64,000 nucleotides of DNA from Flavobacteriia bacterium (GTDB lineage Bacteria > Bacteroidota > Bacteroidia > Flavobacteriales_D > Crocinitomicaceae). The translations under genes and the position numbers were made by a program. The number at the start of each line of letters is the position of its first letter. Within the stretch, counting starts at the first letter, position 1. The notes beneath the pieces were generated by a model. It saw only the letters and a program-made list of their open reading frames with translations. It searched no databases and was not told where the DNA came from. The stretch is from the NCBI GenBank assembly GCA_947446925.1, contig CANFHU010000014.1, forward strand, positions 409 through 64,408, in the 5' to 3' direction. Below are positions 27,053 through 35,070 of the stretch, in pieces.

Positions 27053-27723
27053 TGAAATCAATTTTTTCAAAGTCGAACCAATCGAAATATCTCGCAGAGA
27101 TTATTGGGACATTTGTGTTAGTTTTCTGTGGAACAGGAGCAATAATTTTTAACCAACTTTCAGGTGGAACAAGCATTGGTCATTTGGGGATATCCATAAC
27201 TACAGGGTTAACAGTTGCTGCTATGATTTATACCGTAGGAGATATTTCTGGTGCGCACATGAATCCGATGGTAACATTTGCGTTTTATCTTGCGAAAGAT
27301 TTCCCTGTAAAATTAATTTTACCCTACATACTCGCACAAGGATTAGGGGCATTTTTAGCAAGTTTTACCTTAAAAATTCTTTTTCCAACTTCTCCAACTT
27401 TAGGAGAAACCATACCGATCGTTTCAGATAGTAGTGCTTTTGTTTTGGAAATAATTTTAGCATTTGTATTGGTTTTTGTCATCTTACATGTAGCAAAAGG
27501 AAGTAAAGAGCAGGGAATGTTTGCTGGGATTGCAATCGGTTCTACTGTTATGTTGGAAGTTTTGTTTGCCGGTCCAATCTGTGGTGCATCCATGAATCCA
27601 ATTCGATCAATTGTTCCAGCCTTGGTTTCAGGTAAATTGGAGCACCAATGGGTATATTTGACTGCACCTTTTGTAGGGGCTATTATTGCGGTTTATAGTT
27701 GGAGAATTTTAAAGCGAAATTAA
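27052..27723 (+). CDS. MIP/aquaporin family channel (candidate arsenite channel)
   Basis: Six TM segments. The two half-helix boxes read NPM (27262-27270) and NPI (27595-27603) instead of NPA. The start overlaps the upstream stop (TAATG). Confidence 0.85.
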   Translation: MKSIFSKSNQSKYLAEIIGTFVLVFCGTGAIIFNQLSGGTSIGHLGISITTGLTVAAMIYTVGDISGAHMNPMVTFAFYLAKDFPVKLILPYILAQGLGAFLASFTLKILFPTSPTLGETIPIVSDSSAFVLEIILAFVLVFVILHVAKGSKEQGMFAGIAIGSTVMLEVLFAGPICGASMNPIRSIVPALVSGKLEHQWVYLTAPFVGAIIAVYSWRILKRN

Positions 27724-27881
27724 TTCTGTAAACTACTTTAAGACGAAGTTCCCTATAGCACCTACTCATAAAGATTAACTTGGTTAAAAACAGCGTTTCT
27801 CAAAGTCTAACTTTTTAAGTCAAAGCCTTATTAGAGTGCTTTTTGAAAATTTAAATACCTCCTTATTAAATTTTATTAGGA

Positions 27882-27941
27882 TTTTACTATGAAAAAATAA
27901 TAGTAAAATAATTTTTATTGATAGTAATACTATTATATTTG
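27882..27941 (+). promoter_or_regulatory. Candidate TetR operator palindromes overlapping a -7 box
   Basis: TTTTACTAT-N9-ATAGTAAAA at 27882-27908. ATAGTA-A-TACTAT at 27921-27933. TATATTTG at 27934-27941, 11 nt upstream of the ATG. Confidence 0.45.
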
Positions 27942-27952
27942 TAGGTAAAACT

Positions 27953-28627
27953 ATGAATATGCAACATTCTGTATTACAAATTCCGGTGCAGGAATCTCTT
28001 TTTGTAAAGGATCCAACGAGTTCAGTAGTTGGTAAATCCATTTTGGAACATGGGTTAATTTTGTTGTCTGAAATAGGGTTAGAAGATTTTACATTTAAAA
28101 AACTTGCGGTAAAAATTTCTTCAACAGAAAGTACGATTTACCGTTACTTTGAAAACAAACACCAATTTCTATCTTACTTATTTAATTTTTATTGGGCTTG
28201 GATGGATTTAAATGTTGCGTTTGCAACAACAAATATTGAAGATCCAAAAGAACGTTTACGTCGCATAATTGGATTGATTACCAAAAAAGTAAATAACGAT
28301 GTCCGAACTCCATACATCGATGAGGCTTTACTGCAGGATGTGATTGCTTTAGAATCTTCCAAAACATTTCTTTCCAAAAAAGTAGATGAAGAAAATCAGG
28401 CAGGATATTTCTTACAATACAAAAAATTAGTAGATCGAATTTCAGCAGTTATCGTTGAAATAAATCCAATGTATGCTTATCCAAATGCCTTAGTTTCCAC
28501 CATTTTAGAAAGTTCTTTTCATCAGCGTTATTTTGGGAATCATTTACCTAGATTAACGAATGATATGCACATTGATACGCGTCTAGAGGAATTTTTATTG
28601 GATTTATGTTTAAAAACAATTGCGTAA
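27953..28627 (+). CDS. TetR/AcrR family transcriptional regulator
   Basis: N-terminal HTH GLEDFTFKKLAVKISSTESTIYRYFENKHQ. Confidence 0.85.
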   Translation: MNMQHSVLQIPVQESLFVKDPTSSVVGKSILEHGLILLSEIGLEDFTFKKLAVKISSTESTIYRYFENKHQFLSYLFNFYWAWMDLNVAFATTNIEDPKERLRRIIGLITKKVNNDVRTPYIDEALLQDVIALESSKTFLSKKVDEENQAGYFLQYKKLVDRISAVIVEINPMYAYPNALVSTILESSFHQRYFGNHLPRLTNDMHIDTRLEEFLLDLCLKTIA

Positions 28628-28628
28628 T

Positions 28629-30341
28629 ATGGAGAATCAATCAACTTTAAAACCATTTCAACGATTATTAAGATTGTTGAATGTAGATCGAAAAGATATT
28701 TCGCATATCTACTTTTATTCATTTTTTGTTGGAATCACCAATTTAACATTGCCACTTGGTATACAGGCAATTATAAATATGATTCAATTAGGTAGTATTT
28801 CCGCTTCTTGGGTGGTCTTAATTGCGCTTGTGGTGGTTGGAATACTATTTTCAGGCCTATTGCAATTTGTGCAATTACGAATAACAGAAACATTACAACA
28901 GAAAATATTTGTTCGATCCTCCTTTGAATTTGCTTATCGAATTCCAAGATTTGAAACACATCTAATGGCGGATACCTATACGCCTGAATTGATGAATCGT
29001 TTTTTTGACACCATTACACTTCAAAAAGGGATACCGAAACTATTAATCGATTTTTCAGCTTCGATTTTGCAATTATTATTTGGATTAATCTTATTATCCT
29101 TTTACCATTCTTTCTTTATCATATTTAGTCTTTTCTTGCTTTCAGCATTAATTATTGCACTTTATTTAACAGGGAAAAAAGCGGTAAATACGGCAATATC
29201 CGAATCCAAATATAAATACAAAGTGGCATTTTGGTTGGAAGAATTAGCGCGTACCATGCAAACATTCAAATTAGTAGGTCAAAGTGATTTGCCATTACAT
29301 CGCACGAATGATTTTGTAGAAGGATATTTAAAAAGTCGTGAAAGTCATTTTAAAATTTTGATGCGTCAATTTATTCAATTAACAAGTTTTAAGGTGATTA
29401 TAGCCTTGTTTATGTTAGTTGTAGGAGGTGTGTTGGTAGTTAATAATCAGATGAATATAGGGCAATTTGTTGCGTCTGAAATTATTATTTTATTGATTAT
29501 TACTTCCGTCGAAAAGATTATTAGTGGACTAGAAGTCCTTTATGATGTTTTAGCTGCTGTGGATAAAATTGGTCATGTGATGGATATGCCGATCGAGGAA
29601 GAAGCGAAATCAAATACGTATAAATTACCAAGTGGTCCTTTGTCTGTAGAGATTTCAAAAATGGATTATACGTATACGCGAAATGCAAAATTTGGATTTG
29701 CTAATTTTTCTTTGAAAATTGATGCAGGACAACATACTGCATTATTAGGTTCAGATGGATCTGGAAAGTCTACACTGTTAAATTTACTTGGAATGGCATA
29801 TCCATTAGATGGAGGAAGTATTAGTTTTAATAATATTCCATCGTCCAATATTGATATGGAACATTTACGGACAATTGTAAGTGATTATGTGGTCGACCAA
29901 GAATTGTTTTCCGGAACTATCGAAGAAAATATTGTAATGGGAAGAAATGATATTGCCCTGCAAGACGTCCTTTGGGCATGTGAACAAACAAATTTATTGA
30001 ACGATATCAAGGCTTTACCAGAAGGTTTTTCAACGGTTATTCTTCCGGATGGACGCGGATTTTCTAAAAGTGTAACGGAAAAAATAATACTAGCGCGTTG
30101 TATTGTCCATAAACCAGGACTTTTATTGATCGATGACCATCAAAAATTTAGTGCGAATTTTTCACAATCGGAGATTGCAATGAAAGATTTATTCTTTTGT
30201 GAGGATGCTGCTTGGACAATTGTTGCTGCAACAAATAACAAAAATTGGTTGCCACATTTTAAACAAATTGTAGTGCTTGAAAAAGGAAGCATTGTATTTC
30301 AAGGGGATTATCAAGGTTATAAACAATTTATAAATAAATAG
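28629..30341 (+). CDS. ABC exporter, fused permease/ATP-binding protein with degenerate catalytic motifs
   Basis: Six-TM exporter domain with Walker A GSDGSGKST. FSKSV replaces LSGGQ, LLLIDDHQ replaces the DE of Walker B, and AATNN replaces the H-loop. The ATG lies 2 nt after the TetR stop. Confidence 0.8.
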   Translation: MENQSTLKPFQRLLRLLNVDRKDISHIYFYSFFVGITNLTLPLGIQAIINMIQLGSISASWVVLIALVVVGILFSGLLQFVQLRITETLQQKIFVRSSFEFAYRIPRFETHLMADTYTPELMNRFFDTITLQKGIPKLLIDFSASILQLLFGLILLSFYHSFFIIFSLFLLSALIIALYLTGKKAVNTAISESKYKYKVAFWLEELARTMQTFKLVGQSDLPLHRTNDFVEGYLKSRESHFKILMRQFIQLTSFKVIIALFMLVVGGVLVVNNQMNIGQFVASEIIILLIITSVEKIISGLEVLYDVLAAVDKIGHVMDMPIEEEAKSNTYKLPSGPLSVEISKMDYTYTRNAKFGFANFSLKIDAGQHTALLGSDGSGKSTLLNLLGMAYPLDGGSISFNNIPSSNIDMEHLRTIVSDYVVDQELFSGTIEENIVMGRNDIALQDVLWACEQTNLLNDIKALPEGFSTVILPDGRGFSKSVTEKIILARCIVHKPGLLLIDDHQKFSANFSQSEIAMKDLFFCEDAAWTIVAATNNKNWLPHFKQIVVLEKGSIVFQGDYQGYKQFINK

Positions 30342-30344
30342 AAA

Positions 30345-31703
30345 ATGTTAAATCTATCCGAAAATAATATCCATAAAAGGTTTCATTACGACAAATTTTC
30401 AGCGTTTACAAAAGTAAATTTTGTACAATGGGAAAGTTGGTTTAGAAAAGTATTATTTCTGTTTTTTATTCTCGTGGTGATCTTTATGTTTACACCATGG
30501 ACGCAAAATATTAATTCGAAAGGATACTTAACGACCTTATATCCGGATCAACGTCCACAAACTGTGCATACAATCATTGCTGGTCGATTAGAAAAATGGT
30601 ATGTAAAAGAAGGAGATTTTGTGCATAAAGGAGATACTTTGGTGTATATCAGTGAAGTTAAAAGTGATTATTTTGATCCTTCTTTGGTGGATCGAACTAC
30701 CGAACAAGTTGCTTTTAAAAAGAATAAAATTGATTCGTATACGAATAAAGTAGAGGCACTTACACGTCAAAAGGATGCGTTTGCTTCTATATTGAAACTG
30801 AAACTGCAACAAACAAAAAATAAATACCGTCAAGCTAAGTTAAAAGTCAAATCGGACAGTATCGATTTTGTAACAATGGATGCACAATTGAAAATTGCAG
30901 AACGCCAATTTAAACGAACGGAAGAGTTGTTTCAAAAAGGTTTAAAAGCCATGAAAGATGTGGAGATGGCGAACGTGAAATTACAAGAGACGATGGGGAA
31001 AACAATTGCACTTGAAAACAAGTTGTTTATTTCCAAAAATGAGTTGATGAATGCAAAAATAGAAATTGCAAACATCAAAAATGAATACCTAGAAAAAGTT
31101 TCTAAAGTAGAATCTGAAATGTCATCCGCATTTTCGGATCAACAAGAGGCCTCTGCTGTGAAAAGTAAATTGGAAAACCAATTATCCAATTATATTATTC
31201 GTAAAGGATTTTATTACATTACAGCACCAAATACGGGATATGTCACTAAGTTAATTCGTTCAGGAATTGGGGAAATATTGAAGGAAGGCGAAGAAATTTT
31301 AACGGTTATGCCTGAAAAATATGATTTGGCGGTAGAATTTTATGTAGAACCAATGAATTATCCATTAATCAAAAAAGGAGAGCATGTTCGACTTCAATTC
31401 GATGGATGGCCTGCGGTAGTTTTTGGTGGGTGGCCAGATGCTTCGTTTGGAACTTTTGGTGGGAAAATCTTAGCAATAGACAATTTCAGTAGTTCTAACG
31501 GTATGTATCGTGTATTGGCTATTCCAGAACCAGGTGATAAGTCTTGGCCCAAAGGATTGCGAGTTGGTGGCGGGGTGAAAACATTTACATTGCTTAAAAA
31601 TGTGCCTGTTTGGTATGAAATATGGCGTAACCTAAACGGATTTCCACCAGAATATTACACAGGAAATCCAGCAAATAAACCACTTAAAAAAGACAAGAAA
31701 TGA
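30345..31703 (+). CDS. HlyD family secretion / membrane fusion protein
   Basis: N-terminal TM segment, lipoyl-like halves flanking a long coiled coil, and a C-terminal beta domain. Confidence 0.8.
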   Translation: MLNLSENNIHKRFHYDKFSAFTKVNFVQWESWFRKVLFLFFILVVIFMFTPWTQNINSKGYLTTLYPDQRPQTVHTIIAGRLEKWYVKEGDFVHKGDTLVYISEVKSDYFDPSLVDRTTEQVAFKKNKIDSYTNKVEALTRQKDAFASILKLKLQQTKNKYRQAKLKVKSDSIDFVTMDAQLKIAERQFKRTEELFQKGLKAMKDVEMANVKLQETMGKTIALENKLFISKNELMNAKIEIANIKNEYLEKVSKVESEMSSAFSDQQEASAVKSKLENQLSNYIIRKGFYYITAPNTGYVTKLIRSGIGEILKEGEEILTVMPEKYDLAVEFYVEPMNYPLIKKGEHVRLQFDGWPAVVFGGWPDASFGTFGGKILAIDNFSSSNGMYRVLAIPEPGDKSWPKGLRVGGGVKTFTLLKNVPVWYEIWRNLNGFPPEYYTGNPANKPLKKDKK

Positions 31704-33073
31704 AACGATTGATTTTCTTATTTGGTATATTTTTCGGTAGTGCTTGCTCCTTGTATGCACAATTCGAAGTGTTCGATTTTGAGACCTTTAAATTGACAGT
31801 AACCAAATTTCACCCATTGATTCAAAAAGCGAATAATTTGGCTTCAGCCGGTTCTGGGGAAGTGCTTAAAGCACGTGGTGGTTTTGATCCAACGATTTCT
31901 TCGAATGTTAATCAAAAGTCGTTTAATGGCAAAGAATATTATTGGACCTCCAATACGACGCTGAAAATTCCGATTTGGTTTGGGACAAATCTAAAAGCGG
32001 GCTACGAGGCTAATCGTGGAGAATATGTTGAAAATGATCAGAAATTACCTGGTAGTGGGTTGTGGTACGCAGGTGTTGAAATCCCCTTGTTACAAGGGTT
32101 TTTGTATAACGAAAGACAATTCCAATTACAGCAAGCGCAGAATTTACAACGGATGAGTGTTGCTGAACGACAGTTAGCAGTAAATGATTTATTGTTAGAT
32201 GCATTTTCTACGTATTGGACATGGACAGAAGCATATAAAAAATTAATGATCGCCAAAGAGGGGTTTGTATTGGCAGAGGCAAGGTATAAAGCGGCAAAAG
32301 AAAATGTTGTGGTTGGAGAAAATCCCCCAATTGATACAGTTGAAGCATTGATTTTATTAGAAAATAGAACGGTAGAAAATAAAGCCGCACAGACTCAATT
32401 TCAGAATGCTACTTTATTGTTACAGACTTTTTTATGGGCTGATGATTATCAATTAGTTAGTATACCATCAAACGTGATACCTCAATTAGTAAATGCTAAG
32501 CCAGAAGTTGCAATTGTGAATGCCAATGAAATTGACTCCTTACCGAGCATTCAATTAGCTGCATACAAGGTAGATCAAATGGCGTTGGATGTTAAATGGA
32601 AAAAAGAACAACTAAAGCCATCTATCAATGCCAATTATAATTTATTGAATCAACCAAGTGGAAATTTGGATGTAAGTCAATTTTCGATGCAGAATTATAA
32701 GTTTGGTGTAACTGCTTATCTTCCATTATTCCTTCGGAAAGAGCGAGGAGGGGTGAGGTTAGCAAAATTAAAAATGGAGAATGCTGGTTTAGATTTGCTT
32801 GCGAAAAAACGAGAGTATGATCAGAAAATCAAAAATTTGGCAAATGAAATTGAACTTCAAACAGCAAATATCATCACGCAAAAAAGAATCGTAGAACATA
32901 CGCGAACACTTCGAACAGCGGAGTTAGAAAAATTTCAAGCTGGGGAAAGTTCACTATTTATGATCAATTCACGCGAACAAACCTATTTGTCTAGCGAAAA
33001 TAAGTTGGTAGAATTAGAAATAAAATTAGAGGTTAGTAAATTGAAAATGAAATGGTTATTGAATATATTGTAG
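31700..33073 (+). CDS. TolC family outer-membrane efflux protein
   Basis: Signal peptide and a two-fold repeated coiled-coil/beta pattern. The start overlaps the HlyD stop (ATGA). Confidence 0.8.
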   Translation: MKRLIFLFGIFFGSACSLYAQFEVFDFETFKLTVTKFHPLIQKANNLASAGSGEVLKARGGFDPTISSNVNQKSFNGKEYYWTSNTTLKIPIWFGTNLKAGYEANRGEYVENDQKLPGSGLWYAGVEIPLLQGFLYNERQFQLQQAQNLQRMSVAERQLAVNDLLLDAFSTYWTWTEAYKKLMIAKEGFVLAEARYKAAKENVVVGENPPIDTVEALILLENRTVENKAAQTQFQNATLLLQTFLWADDYQLVSIPSNVIPQLVNAKPEVAIVNANEIDSLPSIQLAAYKVDQMALDVKWKKEQLKPSINANYNLLNQPSGNLDVSQFSMQNYKFGVTAYLPLFLRKERGGVRLAKLKMENAGLDLLAKKREYDQKIKNLANEIELQTANIITQKRIVEHTRTLRTAELEKFQAGESSLFMINSREQTYLSSENKLVELEIKLEVSKLKMKWLLNIL

Positions 33074-33160
33074 TTTTTTTAAATTATTTTGTAACTTTTC
33101 ATTAACTCTAGCGTTAAGGGTCTTACGGATCAAATTTAACATCTACAGGTTAAAAAACAT

Positions 33161-33188
33161 AAAGGGCTTTCTTCGGAGGGCCCTTTTT
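33161..33188 (+). terminator. Rho-independent terminator
   Basis: AAAGGGC / GCCCTTT stem followed by a T run. Confidence 0.6.
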
Positions 33189-33302
33189 GATTTGGGTTCT
33201 ATTCTACTAATAAAATTCATGTTGATTATTTTAGATGGTTTTACCATTGAGGAATTAAGAGGTTGTTGGGGTTTTTAGGTTGATTAAGATTTTTCGCTTT
33301 GC

Positions 33303-33719
33303 TCAATTGTTTTGTTTAGGATCGTATTCATTGAAATATTCATTTATGAGCGGAACACTCTCTTTTGAGAGATTTGTGCTATTAAAATTTAATAATAAAC
33401 CTTGAGGTTTTTTCAATAATTTCATATAGGTAAGAAGTTGTGCGTGATGGATGGGTAATAATTGCGCTACTGATTTTATTTCAACAATAATTAAGTCGTT
33501 AACGAGTAAGTCTAATCGAAAATTTGAGTCAAGTTCAAATTCTTTGTATTTGATAGGTATCGATAATTGATTTACAACATTAAAACCATTTTTATTCAAT
33601 TCAAATATCAAGCATTTTTCATAAATACTTTCTAATAATCCAGGTCCTAATTCTTTGTGAACTTCTATAGCACATCCCATAATTTCATAGGAAAGTCGCG
33701 TTATCATTTTCTTTGTCAT
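33303..33719 (-). CDS. GxxExxY protein (PD-(D/E)xK superfamily)
   Basis: IMGCAIEVHKELGPGLLESIYEKCLIFEL signature, followed by D...EIK. Confidence 0.85.
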   Translation of the reverse strand: MTKKMITRLSYEIMGCAIEVHKELGPGLLESIYEKCLIFELNKNGFNVVNQLSIPIKYKEFELDSNFRLDLLVNDLIIVEIKSVAQLLPIHHAQLLTYMKLLKKPQGLLLNFNSTNLSKESVPLINEYFNEYDPKQNN

Positions 33720-33809
33720 GATATTAAAAATATACAAATAATTTGTATATTATCAAGAGAAAAATGGATGGAATTTAATGTTTTTTAAATAATAAGGAAT
33801 CTAAAAAAA

Positions 33810-33935
33810 GACCACAGGTCTCTAAATGCCCCTAAATCAATTTCAATGGTAAAAAAAAGACCACAAGTCTCTCAATGAATCTTCATCCATCTCCACGCAT
33901 CCCTCAATTTCTCAATAAAATCTCAATGGTAAAAA
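33810..33935. repeat. Two tandem CTCAAT-word units (GACCACARGTCTCT...CAATGGTAAAA)
   Basis: 33859-33934 matches 60895-60970 at 66/76 positions (hand count). Confidence 0.75.
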
Positions 33936-33942
33936 GTTAATC

Positions 33943-34401
33943 CTACTTATTATCTTCTAATCTCCACTCCGCACCTGAATTCGGTGTCTCCTGTAAACGT
34001 ATCGCTACTAATTTCGTCTCATGCGCAAATTGATCTTGCAACAAATCTACAAAGTGCAACAATAAATTTTCACACGTTGGCTGAAATGGCATCAATATTA
34101 CTTTCTCAAATTCATTAGAAATCACCTCCGATTTAGAATAAGGAGCTTCTTCATTCAATACCAATGCATGATCAAATACTTCGATGATGTGTTTTTTAAC
34201 CACTTCTTTCAAGTCACCGAAATCGATCACCATGCCTAACTTCACATGTTCGATATCCGCAATCGGTTTACCCAATAAGGTTATACTCAAATGATAGGTA
34301 TGCCCATGAATATTCTTACACGGTCCATCATACCCATAAAGCGCATGCGCCATATCAAAAGTGAAATCTTTGGTAACTCGAATACTTGGAAGTGTAGACA
34401 T
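33943..34401 (-). CDS. queD: 6-carboxy-5,6,7,8-tetrahydropterin synthase
   Basis: FDMAHALYGYDGPCKNIHGHTY and PTCENL motifs. The ATG at 34401 is preferred over the longer ORF. Confidence 0.85.
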   Translation of the reverse strand: MSTLPSIRVTKDFTFDMAHALYGYDGPCKNIHGHTYHLSITLLGKPIADIEHVKLGMVIDFGDLKEVVKKHIIEVFDHALVLNEEAPYSKSEVISNEFEKVILMPFQPTCENLLLHFVDLLQDQFAHETKLVAIRLQETPNSGAEWRLEDNK

Positions 34402-34451
34402 AATGATGGTGTTAATTTGATGTAAAGATAAGTAATAAAGAGGGAATTTTG

Positions 34452-34459
34452 TATATTTG
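34452..34459 (+). promoter_or_regulatory. Candidate -7 box TATATTTG
   Basis: Lies 16 nt upstream of the ATG at 34476. Confidence 0.45.
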
Positions 34460-34475
34460 TTTAAATCTTGCAATC

Positions 34476-34682
34476 ATGGATGCAGTCTCATTTTACAATA
34501 AATTCGAATCCCTTCCTTCCAATTTAAAGAAAGAAGCGATGGAATATTTGGAGAAATTATTCTCTAATAATAAGTCAGAAGAAAAAACTAAGCATGTTCC
34601 GAAAAGAGGAACACTAAAAGGTAAGATTGTTATTCATGATGATTTCGATGAACCATTAGAGGATTTCAAAGAATATATGTAA
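34476..34682 (+). CDS. DUF2281-like antitoxin
   Basis: C-terminal GKIVIHDDFDEPLEDFKEYM is typical. The stop abuts the toxin start. Confidence 0.6.
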   Translation: MDAVSFYNKFESLPSNLKKEAMEYLEKLFSNNKSEEKTKHVPKRGTLKGKIVIHDDFDEPLEDFKEYM

Positions 34683-35068
34683 TGAATCTATTGATTGATA
34701 CACATGTTTTACTTTGGTATTTAATTGATGATTCTCAATTATCTTTTACATCCATTCAAAAAATAGAAAATCCTTCTAATACTAATTATGTAAGTATTGC
34801 TTCTCTATGGGAAATTGCAATAAAAATCAATATTGGTAAATTAGATTTACACATACCTTTCAAAAAATTAGAAAAGGAGGTTTTACAAAATAATTTTAAA
34901 ATATTACCAATCGAATTCAAACACACGATTCAGCTTTCTAAATTAGACCAAAACCACCGTGATCCTTTTGATCGAATTTTAATAAGTCAAGCGCTAGTGG
35001 AAAATTTTACGATCATTACAAAAGACAATGCATTTTCTCAATATAAAGGTTTAAAAACTAGTTGGTAA
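34682..35068 (+). CDS. PIN-domain toxin (VapC family)
   Basis: MNLLIDTHVLLWYL..., with downstream conserved acidic residues (DPFDRIL). Confidence 0.85.
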   Translation: MNLLIDTHVLLWYLIDDSQLSFTSIQKIENPSNTNYVSIASLWEIAIKINIGKLDLHIPFKKLEKEVLQNNFKILPIEFKHTIQLSKLDQNHRDPFDRILISQALVENFTIITKDNAFSQYKGLKTSW

Positions 35069-35070
35069 TT

